Source: an uncultured Verrucomicrobiota bacterium (lineage in GTDB: Bacteria > Verrucomicrobiota > Verrucomicrobiia > Limisphaerales > UBA1319). Taken from it: DNA of 64,000 nt. The position numbers and the translations under genes were made by a program. The notes below the pieces were generated by a model. It did not search any database, was not told the DNA's origin, and worked only from the letters and a program-made list of their open reading frames with translations. The stretch lies in the NCBI GenBank assembly GCA_964538065.1, contig CAZIDG010000013.1, positions 1,488 to 65,487 of the forward strand, in the 5' to 3' direction. Shown in pieces: positions 8,836 through 17,447 of this stretch; positions within the stretch are counted from its first letter, which is position 1; every line of letters begins with the position of its first letter.

Positions 8836-9864
8836 TCACCACGGGGCGGAAGCGCGTTGAAGACGGTCGGCCACGGCCTGCCAGGCCGATGCCTCCGGAG
8901 GCGCCTCCACCACAATGCACTCCGCTCCCATCTCATCGCAGCGGTGCAGCTCGGCGTAAAGCGCCCGCGCAAACGAGGCGGGATCGTGGGCAAGCCGGCA
9001 GATGTTGGCGCAACCGCTGGCAATGGGGACGCTGGTGTGCACCAACACATGGGTCTTCTGAGGCGCCATGCCCTGCGAGGCCAGCAGACGCTGGAGTTCC
9101 TCCGCGCTTTGCCATTTCAACACCACCAGGCGCGCCCGTGGCGAATAGTGTTTCTTGAGCATGCCCGGGCTTTTGAGGGCGCCCGTCCCGGTGCCCGCCT
9201 GCGTGGCGAGCTGGCCCGTGATGGCCTTGATGGATTCGGCATGGATCATGCCCGGACGCAATATCCGGGGCGGTGTCTGGGTCAGGTCCAGCACGGTGGA
9301 TTCCACGCCCACCTGGGCGGGGCCGCCATCGAGGATCAGTCGGATCCGCTTGCCCAGGTCCTTGGCGACATGGGCGGCAGTAGTCGGTGAAATGCGGTTC
9401 GATAGGTTGGCGCTGGGGGCCGCCAGGGGGAAACCGCACGCCTGGATGACCTTCTGCATCACCGGATGGCTCGGCCAGCGAATCCCCACTGTATCCCCTC
9501 CTGCCGTGACCCGGTCGGGGATCAAGGCGGACCGTTTCATCACCATCGTCAACGGCCCCGGCCAGAATGCGCGTGCCAGGGCGTCTGCCATTGCGGGCCA
9601 ATGACTTACACATTGGTGTGCCATTTCAAATGAGGCCACATGCACGATGATGGGATTATTGGAAGGACGTCCCTTGGCGGTATATATTTGTTCGACGGCC
9701 TGGGCGTTTAAGGCGTTGGCCGCCAAACCATAAACGGTCTCGGTGGGGAGGGCGACCAATGCGCCCTCGCGTAACAACGCCGCTGCCCTGGCCACGGCCT
9801 CCTGGAGCGAGGCCGGGTTGCCGGTCGCCAATACTTCGGCTATTGCTGGTGTCAATTTCGACAT
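8836..9864 (-). CDS. tsaC: L-threonylcarbamoyladenylate synthase, Sua5 type (YrdC domain plus Sua5 C-terminal domain)
   Basis: ORF 8836..9930. The ATG at 9864 gives MSKLTPAIAEV. Motifs: LPTETVYGLAANA, KGRPSNNPIIVHV, RWPSHPV, APSANLSNRISPT. Confidence 0.9.
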   Translation of the reverse strand: MSKLTPAIAEVLATGNPASLQEAVARAAALLREGALVALPTETVYGLAANALNAQAVEQIYTAKGRPSNNPIIVHVASFEMAHQCVSHWPAMADALARAFWPGPLTMVMKRSALIPDRVTAGGDTVGIRWPSHPVMQKVIQACGFPLAAPSANLSNRISPTTAAHVAKDLGKRIRLILDGGPAQVGVESTVLDLTQTPPRILRPGMIHAESIKAITGQLATQAGTGTGALKSPGMLKKHYSPRARLVVLKWQSAEELQRLLASQGMAPQKTHVLVHTSVPIASGCANICRLAHDPASFARALYAELHRCDEMGAECIVVEAPPEASAWQAVADRLQRASAPW

Positions 9865-9952
9865 GACGCCCCACTTGTAAGACTTGGGGAGTGGGCAATC
9901 AAGTGTTGGAATGAAGTGACAACATGCCAAAGGCCCTTATAATTTGCGTGCA

Positions 9953-11002
9953 ATGCAACAATGGATCCAACAAGTCGAATCGGGTGTCGAATTGACTGAG
10001 GCCCAGGTGGTTGAAGTCGTCGATGCCCTGGTGGCCGATGAGGTGTCGGTGGAACATAAGGGGATGTTTCTGACCGCCCTGGCCCGGAAGGGCGAAACCG
10101 TGGCCGAGATTGCTGCATTCGTTAAAGCCTTGTGCGACAAGAGTATCCGTCCAAGGCTGGACCCCCGTGTGTCGTCGGGCATCGTCATCGATGTCTGCGG
10201 TACGGGCGGGGATCACTTTAACACGTTTAACATATCGACGACCGTGGCGATCATCGTGGCTGCGGCAGGGGTTCCCGTGGCCAAACACGGCAACCGCGCC
10301 GTCACGTCGCAGTCGGGGAGTGCGGATGTCCTGGAGGCCCTGGGGATCCGGACCGATCTGAGCCCTGAGGAGGTGGGGCAATGGCTTGTCAGGCACAACT
10401 TTGCATTTCTGTTTGCGCCTCTGTTTCATCCGGCGTTCAAAAACATTGCTCCGGCCCGCAAATGGTGCGCCCAAAAGGGACAACGCACGGTGTTCAACTA
10501 CCTGGGGCCGCTCCTGAATCCTGTCCGGCCCGCCCTGCAGCTCATTGGTGTTCCCAATCCCAAAATGTGCGAACCCATCGCCCAGGTGCTTCAGTTGATT
10601 GGCGTGCGCAGGGCGATGGTGGTGTCCGGTCAGGTGGGGGACCGCTTTTTGGATGAGCTGTCCATCCTGGGGGATAATACGATTGCGGAATTCCAAAAGG
10701 AGCGGGGGATTCAGTTAACCAACGTTCCGTTGCGGGAGTTGAACATCCCCCCGGCCGATCTGGGCTCATTGACAGGCGGAGACAAGGTGGTCAATGCAGG
10801 CATCATCCGCGCGATCCTCGCCGGTCAGGAGACGGGGGCCAGGAGGAACGCGGTCCTGCTCAATGCGGGCGCGGCCTTGTGCGTGGCGGGGATGGCGCAG
10901 ACGTTGACCCAGGGATGGGATCTGGCTGCAGAATTGATCGACTCGGGCCGCGCCACGGCCAAGCTGGAGGAACTGGCAGCCGCTTCCAGCGCGCATGAAT
11001 GA
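9953..11002 (+). CDS. trpD: anthranilate phosphoribosyltransferase
   Basis: ORF from TTG 9944, first ATG at 9953. Motifs: VIDVCGTGGDHFNTFNISTTVAIIVAAAGVPVAKHGNRAVTSQSGSADVLEALG. Confidence 0.92.
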   Translation: MQQWIQQVESGVELTEAQVVEVVDALVADEVSVEHKGMFLTALARKGETVAEIAAFVKALCDKSIRPRLDPRVSSGIVIDVCGTGGDHFNTFNISTTVAIIVAAAGVPVAKHGNRAVTSQSGSADVLEALGIRTDLSPEEVGQWLVRHNFAFLFAPLFHPAFKNIAPARKWCAQKGQRTVFNYLGPLLNPVRPALQLIGVPNPKMCEPIAQVLQLIGVRRAMVVSGQVGDRFLDELSILGDNTIAEFQKERGIQLTNVPLRELNIPPADLGSLTGGDKVVNAGIIRAILAGQETGARRNAVLLNAGAALCVAGMAQTLTQGWDLAAELIDSGRATAKLEELAAASSAHE

Positions 11003-11054
11003 GGATGCGCTCTGGCCGCAGGCAGGGGGCGTGAGTGTTTGTTTCTGCTGACCC

Positions 11055-11582
11055 TTACGGCTGGACAAAGTCGTGTTCTTCCTTGCGCACGACAAGCACA
11101 GGGCAGGGGGAATGCCGCACCACACGCTCCACGGTGCTGCCCAGCAGCACATGGGTCAGGCTCGAATGACCGTGTGTGGCGATGATGATCAGATCGGCAT
11201 GTTCATCCCGGGCGGCCTGGGTGATTTCAGCATAGGGTCGCCCGCAGGTGATCAGCGTCTTGCAGGCGTCTGGCATGCCAAAGTGAACCTTCACCAGGTC
11301 TTCCATCTGCTTGCGCGCGCTCTCACGAAGGTCGGCTTCGATCTGGCTCAACTCAGCCGCGCCAAACTCCGAACCCGCAAAGCTGAACTCGACCACATGG
11401 ATGAGGGTCAACCCTGACTTGAACTGGCTTGCGAAGGCGATGCCGTAGCGCAGGGCCTTGAGGGATGAGGGTGAGAAATCGATCGGGATCAGGATTTTGC
11501 ACAGTTGAATGACGGGCGTTTGCAGGGTGGGAACGGCGCTGGGCGTCTGGCTCGCATTGGGAGTTGCATTTGGATCACTCAT
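11055..11582 (-). CDS. universal stress protein (UspA family)
   Basis: ORF 11055..11828. The ATG at 11582 gives MSDPNATPN. Motifs: ILIPIDFSPSS, DLIIIATHGHSSLTHVLLGSTVERVVRHSPCPVLVV. Confidence 0.85.
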   Translation of the reverse strand: MSDPNATPNASQTPSAVPTLQTPVIQLCKILIPIDFSPSSLKALRYGIAFASQFKSGLTLIHVVEFSFAGSEFGAAELSQIEADLRESARKQMEDLVKVHFGMPDACKTLITCGRPYAEITQAARDEHADLIIIATHGHSSLTHVLLGSTVERVVRHSPCPVLVVRKEEHDFVQP

Positions 11583-11675
11583 GTTTACCTCGCTTTCCGT
11601 CAGCCTTGACCGCCTCCTCAAGCGATTTCGGCCTTGGCTCTTTACACCTTTAGTATAGCCATAAAACCACCCTCT

Positions 11676-11705
11676 CTCAAGCCGAAGTTGCTCAAGCCGA
11701 AGTTG
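11676..11705. repeat. perfect 2 x 15-bp tandem duplication, CTCAAGCCGAAGTTG
   Basis: Read directly: copy 1 at 11676..11690 and copy 2 at 11691..11705. It lies in the divergent usp/Rieske intergenic region, 36 nt upstream of the Rieske ATG. Confidence 0.9.
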
Positions 11706-11740
11706 CTTTTTGGTGCCGGGTTTGGAATGCTCCCCGGCGC

Positions 11741-12091
11741 ATGAGTCGCACCGTGAAAATCTGTGATGCCACGGCCCTGGGGGAGGGATGCGCAAGGTCC
11801 TTCGACGCCCCTGCCGCCAGCCCCACAAGCCAGGGCAATGGAATCGTCATCCGGTTTGAGGGGCGCATCCATGCCTACGAAAACCGTTGCCAGCACCTGC
11901 CCCTGCCGCTGGATTATGGCGATGGCCAATTCCTGACCCCCGATGGCCGGCATTTGATCTGCCGCAACCATGGCGCCTTGTACGATCCCGCCACCGGCCT
12001 CTGTGTGCATGGGCCCTGCCTGGGGGCATCCCTGCGCCCGCTGCCCATCCGTGTCGAGGAGGGCGAGGTCAGGCTCGTCCTCGGGGATTGA
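11741..12091 (+). CDS. Rieske (2Fe-2S) domain protein
   Basis: 116 aa. CQH...CRNHGALY provides the two Cys-His pairs of a Rieske centre. Confidence 0.85.
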   Translation: MSRTVKICDATALGEGCARSFDAPAASPTSQGNGIVIRFEGRIHAYENRCQHLPLPLDYGDGQFLTPDGRHLICRNHGALYDPATGLCVHGPCLGASLRPLPIRVEEGEVRLVLGD

Positions 12092-12100
12092 GCAGGCCGC

Positions 12101-13525
12101 TCAGGAGAGTTTCAGGATCAGGGATTGCAGGGTGACGGTTGAGGCGACCTGTTTCTCGGCCTGGCGAATCTGGTTGATTTCCTGGCGGATCACGTCGCGT
12201 GAGGGATCGTTGGCCGTGGGAGGTTCGATGCCCTGGCTGGATCGCAGGGCGATCAGGATGTCCTGGATCGAAATCTTGTCGAGGGGACGGGCCGGGGAGT
12301 AGGTGGTTTCCTGTCCGGCCACTTCAACCAGCAGTCTAGCCTTGACGAGGATCGCCGCCAGTTGCTGGGTCAGACGCGATGGGACGGCCAGGAGATCGCT
12401 CGATTCCCGGGTGCTGATGGCCTTTTCCCCCAGGTGGAAGCGCTTGCCGGCAATCACCATCATGCGCACGGCCACAAATTCCCTCCCCGACATGTTGATG
12501 CTGTCCAGCAGGCGGCCCTGGATATAGGAGCTTTGATTCTGAACGGCATAGGCCACCTGGGCGCCGAAGAGCAGGATCAGCCAGGAGAAATACAGGCCGA
12601 CCAGGAACACCGGCAGCATGCCGAAGCTTCCGTAGATCTTGCTATAGGAGACGACCTTTGAAACGTAAATGACGTTGAACAGGTTGTTCAACTGCCATAA
12701 CAGACCGCCCACCGCCCCGCCCACCAGGGCCGCATTCCAGTGCACCTTGGTGTTGGGCATGAGCTTGTAAAAGAGGGTGAAAAAGAGGATCAGGATGCAG
12801 AAGGGCAGGAAACGGAACACCAGGTTGCCCAATATGGGCATGTAGGACAAGAGCTTCTGCACCACCTGCAAGTGCGCGCTGGAGGTCAGACCGATGGCCG
12901 CAAAGATGAAGATGGGTCCCAGGGTGATCGTGGTCCAGTAAAGCACGACTCGACTGGTCCAACTGCGTCCCTTGGCCACATCCCAGATGTCATTGAAGGT
13001 TTTTTCGATGTTGCTCAACAGCAGAATGGTCACCAGCACCAGCGATATGAACCCCGTGATGCCCAGTGTGCCGCTGTGGATGTTGGCGATGTATTCAGTG
13101 ATTTTTCGCGCCACTTCATGCCTTCCAGCCAGATCATCCTTGGGGGCGACAGCGCCTTCCCCATTGACCCGGGTGACGACATTGGTTTTGGCGACCAGGT
13201 CCAACTGCGGGGCGACGCTGGCCACCACCGTGTCGATCATTTGCTGGATGGGCTTCTCCCCCTGGCTTTTCAAAAAGGTGGTTGAGATGCCCACCACGAC
13301 CGCCAGCAGGGGGATCAAGGCCAGGAGGGTCGTGTAGGCAAGGGCCGTCGCCCTCACCGGACAGCGGTTCTTGAAGAAGCTCTTGATGAGCAGCACGCAG
13401 AAATAGGCCGCGCGACGCCCCTTGGACATCACACGCTCATCCTGCGTCTCGATATCCTTTTCCTCAAAGAATTCCTGCGCCTGTTTCTGTAATTGCTTAA
13501 TTTTGCTAATTGGTTCGCTGCCCAT
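12101..13525 (-). CDS. YihY/BrkB family inner-membrane protein with a C-terminal Rrf2-like winged-helix domain
   Basis: This is the C-terminal 475 codons of the 910-aa ORF 12101..14833. The ATG at 13525 (MGSEPISKIK) is in frame; 13429 is an alternative start. YihY core: RATALAYTTLLALIPLLAV plus multiple TM segments. The last ~130 aa resemble Rrf2 wHTH proteins. The rest of the ORF is antisense to pstS. Confidence 0.75.
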   Translation of the reverse strand: MGSEPISKIKQLQKQAQEFFEEKDIETQDERVMSKGRRAAYFCVLLIKSFFKNRCPVRATALAYTTLLALIPLLAVVVGISTTFLKSQGEKPIQQMIDTVVASVAPQLDLVAKTNVVTRVNGEGAVAPKDDLAGRHEVARKITEYIANIHSGTLGITGFISLVLVTILLLSNIEKTFNDIWDVAKGRSWTSRVVLYWTTITLGPIFIFAAIGLTSSAHLQVVQKLLSYMPILGNLVFRFLPFCILILFFTLFYKLMPNTKVHWNAALVGGAVGGLLWQLNNLFNVIYVSKVVSYSKIYGSFGMLPVFLVGLYFSWLILLFGAQVAYAVQNQSSYIQGRLLDSINMSGREFVAVRMMVIAGKRFHLGEKAISTRESSDLLAVPSRLTQQLAAILVKARLLVEVAGQETTYSPARPLDKISIQDILIALRSSQGIEPPTANDPSRDVIRQEINQIRQAEKQVASTVTLQSLILKLS

Positions 13526-13737
13526 AGCTTTGGCCCTCAAACCTAGCCCTTTTGTGTGCAGCCCGTCAACGACAGGCATGGGCTCCAGCCGTGACGCCAG
13601 ACGCTGTGTGACAGAAAAGTGACCGGGGCCAGGCCAGGTCGCCAGGGGCATGGCGTCAGGATGTAAGAGGCTCATGGTCAATTGGTAATGTCGATCTGGA
13701 TGGCCTCCTCCCCCGGCTGGTCTGGTTCGGCCCCACC

Positions 13738-13803
13738 AATCGTAACACAATCGTAACATTCGTGTCACGAGACGGTAACATGCTTGTCGCATAGTGGTTA
13801 CAT
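13738..13803 (+). promoter_or_regulatory. six phased 11-bp direct repeats (Pho-box-like array) upstream of pstS
   Basis: The units are AATCGTAACAC, AATCGTAACAT, TCGTGTCACGA, GACGGTAACAT, GCTTGTCGCAT and AGTGGTTACAT. GT at positions 5-6 and C at position 9 are invariant. The core GT(A/C)ACAT resembles the E. coli PhoB half-site CTGTCAT and shares its 11-bp periodicity. The array ends 55 nt before the pstS ATG. Confidence 0.6.
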
Positions 13804-13858
13804 TCCAGGAAGGAATGACGGACGAGGCACGGTACGAGATGTTGATTTGAAAGCACTT

Positions 13859-14791
13859 ATGAAACAAATACGCGGCATGGAATCGAAGGTGGCCAGGGCG
13901 TTTGCGCTCCTGCTTGGCTGTCTCACCGTGGTGATGGTCCTCACACAAACCGGCTGCAAACGTTCCGGTGAGGGTTCCACCACGTCCCAGGAAAAAACCA
14001 TGATCCAGAACACGGGTTCGGACACCATGGTGAACCTGGCCCAGGCCTGGGCGGAGGAATATACCAAAGTGGACCCCAGCACCTCCGTGGAGGTGAGCGG
14101 TGGGGGATCGGGCACCGGCATTGCCGCCCTGATCGCGGGCACCGTGGATATTGCCAATTGCAGCCGCAAGATCGAGCCGGAGGAGGTGGACAAGGCCCGC
14201 AAGAACACCCAGAAGGAACCCAGGGAATTCATCCTGGGATACGACGCCCTGGCGGTCTATGTATCCAAGGCCAACCCGCTGGATGAGATCACCATTGAGC
14301 AGTTGGCCGGGATTTACGGGGAGGGTGGCCGGATTGCCAAATGGTCCGATCTGGGCGTGAAGATGCCTGAAGGGGCCAGCGACGAGATCATCCGGGTCAG
14401 CCGCCAGTCCAATTCCGGCACCTACGCCTACTTCCGTGAGTCCATCCTGGGCAAGGGCCATGACTTCAAGCTGGGTTCGCGGGATATGCATGGGTCCAAG
14501 GATGTGGTGGAGCTTGTGGCCAAGACTCCCGGGGCCATTGGCTACAGCGGCATGGGCTACGCCACGCATGATGTGAAAATGCTGAAGATCGCCCGCAAGG
14601 CCGGTGACACCGCGTATGCCCCCACCGTGCAAAACACGTTGAACAAGACCTATCCCATCTCCCGCCCGCTCATCATGTACACCCTGGGCGAACCCACGGC
14701 TCATGTGAAAAAGTATCTCGACTGGCTGCATTCTGAGGCCGGTCAAAAGATCGTCGGAGAGAGTGGCTATGTCCCGTTGCCGCACCCATGA
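13859..14791 (+). CDS. pstS: phosphate ABC transporter substrate-binding protein
   Basis: ORF 13784..14791, ATG at 13859 (MKQIRGMESKVARAFALLLGCL). Motifs: NTGSDTMVNLAQAWAEEY, VSGGGSGTGIAAL, SNSGTYAYF. Confidence 0.9.
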   Translation: MKQIRGMESKVARAFALLLGCLTVVMVLTQTGCKRSGEGSTTSQEKTMIQNTGSDTMVNLAQAWAEEYTKVDPSTSVEVSGGGSGTGIAALIAGTVDIANCSRKIEPEEVDKARKNTQKEPREFILGYDALAVYVSKANPLDEITIEQLAGIYGEGGRIAKWSDLGVKMPEGASDEIIRVSRQSNSGTYAYFRESILGKGHDFKLGSRDMHGSKDVVELVAKTPGAIGYSGMGYATHDVKMLKIARKAGDTAYAPTVQNTLNKTYPISRPLIMYTLGEPTAHVKKYLDWLHSEAGQKIVGESGYVPLPHP

Positions 14792-14824
14792 TCCCAGAGC
14801 CAGGAAGGATTTGTTCAGGTCATT

Positions 14825-15718
14825 ATGACGCATCGATCACGCATTGAGACGCTCGGGGAACGGTTGATTGAATGGATCATCCGCCTGTGTGGGATTAGCG
14901 CCATCCTGTTCGTCTTTGGCATCTTCTTCTTCGTGTTTCGTGAAGGATCGGAGTTCCTGTTCACGAAGTTCAAGCCGGTCGAGTTCTTTACCAGCATCGA
15001 ATGGTATCCCACCTCGCAGAGCAACGTGCGCTATGGCGTGCTGGCGCTCATCGTGGGGACCTTGAGTGTCACGGTCCTGGCCATGGCCATTGCCGTGCCC
15101 TTTGGGCTGGGGGCCGCGGTGTTCATTTCCGAGTTCTGCCCGGCCCGGATCAAGGAGGTGCTCAAAATCGTGATCGAGTTGCTGGCGGCCATCCCCTCGG
15201 TGGTGTGGGGATTTGTCGGGCTCACGGTCATGAACCCCTTGATCATCTCAGTCTTCCACGCGCCCATCGGCCTCAACGTGCTCAATGGTGGCATCATCCT
15301 GGCCCTCATGAGCGTGCCCATCATTGTGTCGATCGGGGAGGATGCCCTGAAGGCGGTGCCGGATTCCTACCGGGAGGCCGCGGTCTCCCTGGGGGCGACC
15401 CGCTGGCAACTGGTGTACCGGGTCCTTTTGCCCGCCGCCCGCAATGGCTTGCTCGCCGCTGTCTTGCTGGGCGTGGGCCGCGCGGTCGGGGAGACCATGG
15501 CGGTGCTCATGGCCACCGGGCATGCCGTGGCGATTCCAACAAGCCCCCTGGATTCAGTGCGCACGCTTACCGCCACCATTGCCGCCGAACTGGGTGAAGC
15601 CCCGGTCCACTCGGATCATTACCAGGTGCTGTTTGTCATCGGCATCCTCCTCTTTGTCATCACCTTCCTGGTCAACCTCATCGCCGATCTGGTGGTGAAA
15701 GGAATACGCTCCAAATGA
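14825..15718 (+). CDS. pstC: phosphate ABC transporter permease
   Basis: 297 aa, multi-TM. EAA loop: GEDALKAVPDSYREAAVSLGATRWQ. Confidence 0.9.
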   Translation: MTHRSRIETLGERLIEWIIRLCGISAILFVFGIFFFVFREGSEFLFTKFKPVEFFTSIEWYPTSQSNVRYGVLALIVGTLSVTVLAMAIAVPFGLGAAVFISEFCPARIKEVLKIVIELLAAIPSVVWGFVGLTVMNPLIISVFHAPIGLNVLNGGIILALMSVPIIVSIGEDALKAVPDSYREAAVSLGATRWQLVYRVLLPAARNGLLAAVLLGVGRAVGETMAVLMATGHAVAIPTSPLDSVRTLTATIAAELGEAPVHSDHYQVLFVIGILLFVITFLVNLIADLVVKGIRSK

Positions 15719-16698
15719 ACCTTCTTGAGGGTCAACCTGTGGTGAACACGCGGCCGGAACCCCGGGCCGTCCAGGCTTCGTCGGAAGACCGCACCGCGTT
15801 CCCGGACGGCAATCCCTTTGCCGAAACCCGCCACAGCCGGCGCAAGCTTCGCCATGAGCGATGGGCCAGGGTGGTGTTCCTGGGGATGACCTTGATGATG
15901 ATCATCCCGCTCCTGCTCATTGTGGGATATTTGGTGTATCATGCCATGCCCAGCCTTTCGCTCGACTTCCTGCTGACCAGCCCCAAGCGCGGCATGAGGG
16001 CAGGGGGCATCTGGTCGCCGCTGCTGGGCACCATCTACCTGGTGATCATCTCCCTGGCGGTGGCGGCGCCCATCGGCGTGCTGGCGGCCGTGTATCTCAA
16101 TGAATATGCCCGGGAGAACTGGTTTACGCGGATCATCAACCTGGCCGTGGTCAACCTCGCCGGCGTGCCCAGCATCGTCCACGCCCTGTTCGGCCTCGGG
16201 GCGTTTGTCATGTTCGCCGGCATGGGGCGATCCATCCTGGCCGCCTCGCTGACCCTGGCCATCATGACCTTGCCGGTGATCATCGCCAGCACGAAGGAGG
16301 CCCTGGCCTCGGTGCCGATGTCCTTTCGCGAGGCCTGCTGGAGCGTGGGGGCGACCCGCTGGCAGACCATCTGGGCGGTGGTGCTGCCCAATTCCATCAG
16401 CGGCATCCTCACGGGCATCATCCTGCAGGTGTCCCGCGCCGCAGGCGAAACCGCCCCCATCATGTTTACCGGGGCCGTGTTCTACAAGGCCGTCCAGGAC
16501 GGCAATGTGTTCGCCTACGGTCTGTTTGACCAATGCATGGCCCTCTCGATGCACCTCTTCACCATTTCCACGCAGGTGCCCGATGTCCCGCCGTCCCTCC
16601 CGTATGCCATCGCGGTGGTGCTCCTGGGGACGGTCCTTGTGGTCAACGCCCTGGCCATTGCCTTGCGCATGTTTTTAAGGTCACGTAAAAAATGGTGA
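15715..16698 (+). CDS. pstA: phosphate ABC transporter permease
   Basis: 327 aa. ATGA overlap with the pstC stop. EAA loop: TKEALASVPMSFREACWSVGATRWQ. Confidence 0.9.
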   Translation: MNLLEGQPVVNTRPEPRAVQASSEDRTAFPDGNPFAETRHSRRKLRHERWARVVFLGMTLMMIIPLLLIVGYLVYHAMPSLSLDFLLTSPKRGMRAGGIWSPLLGTIYLVIISLAVAAPIGVLAAVYLNEYARENWFTRIINLAVVNLAGVPSIVHALFGLGAFVMFAGMGRSILAASLTLAIMTLPVIIASTKEALASVPMSFREACWSVGATRWQTIWAVVLPNSISGILTGIILQVSRAAGETAPIMFTGAVFYKAVQDGNVFAYGLFDQCMALSMHLFTISTQVPDVPPSLPYAIAVVLLGTVLVVNALAIALRMFLRSRKKW

Positions 16699-17447
16699 AC
16701 AAGATTGAAATCTCAAGCCTGAGTGTCTCCTATGGCACGGTTCAGGCCCTCAAAAGGGTGTCCCTCAACATCCCGCCTCACTGCATTTACGCCATCATTG
16801 GCCCTGCGCAGTCGGGCAAAACCACGCTGCTCAAGGCCCTGAACCGCACGCTGGAGTTGACCGCGGGCGCCACGGTGGAGGGCTGCATCAAGGTGGACGG
16901 CGAGGACATCATGAAGATAGCCGATGTGTTCACGCTGCGCCGGAAGGTTGGCATGGTGGCTCCCTTGCCCGTGGGGTTGCCGATGTCCATTTTTGACAAT
17001 GTTGCCTTTGCGCCCCGCCAGGCCGGCGTGCGCAAGGCGAAGGATCTCGAGCACCGCGTGGAGCGCTGCCTGCGCCAGGCGGCCTTGTGGGATGAGGTCA
17101 AGGACCGCCTTCACAGCCTGGGCACCAAGCTCTCCGGCGGCCAGCAACAGCGTTTGACGATTGCCCGCGCCCTCTCGCACGATCCCCAGATCCTGTGCCT
17201 GGATGAGTTTTCCATCGCCATCGATCCCGTGACCACCATGCGCATTGAGGAGGCGCTCAAGGAGCTGCGCAAGACCATGACCATTGTCCTGGTGACCAAC
17301 CTCGTGCAGCAGGCGCGCCGCCTGGCCAGCCGCACCGCCTTCATGCTCAACGGGGAGCTGGTCGAGGAGAACACCACCGAGATCATCTTTTCTGACAAGC
17401 CTGCCCACCGCAAAACCTACGAATACGTGAACGGCATTTTCGGATGA
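16692..17447 (+). CDS. PstB-like ATPase paralog 1 (signature intact; Q-loop and H-loop degenerate)
   Basis: Walker A GPAQSGKTT. Q-loop position VGMVAPLP (no Gln). Signature LSGGQQQRL. Walker B region LCLDEFSIAIDP. H-loop position VTNLV (no His). PstB-like C-terminus YEYVNGIFG. Overlaps the pstA stop. Confidence 0.85.
   Translation: MVNKIEISSLSVSYGTVQALKRVSLNIPPHCIYAIIGPAQSGKTTLLKALNRTLELTAGATVEGCIKVDGEDIMKIADVFTLRRKVGMVAPLPVGLPMSIFDNVAFAPRQAGVRKAKDLEHRVERCLRQAALWDEVKDRLHSLGTKLSGGQQQRLTIARALSHDPQILCLDEFSIAIDPVTTMRIEEALKELRKTMTIVLVTNLVQQARRLASRTAFMLNGELVEENTTEIIFSDKPAHRKTYEYVNGIFG

Noticed and set aside
13526-14833. The N-terminal 436 codons of the 910-aa minus-strand ORF 12101..14833.
   Set aside because: This part is exactly antisense to the well-supported pstS gene and its promoter. 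Its translation is Gly/Ala/His/Arg-rich low complexity, as expected for a high-GC shadow frame. Only the C-terminal 475 codons (the YihY protein) look real.
15619-16554. 311-aa minus-strand ORF rich in H, G, D, R and Q.
   Set aside because: It is antisense to pstA, which has clear TM segments and an EAA loop. It has no recognisable motif and is a typical GC-rich antisense frame.
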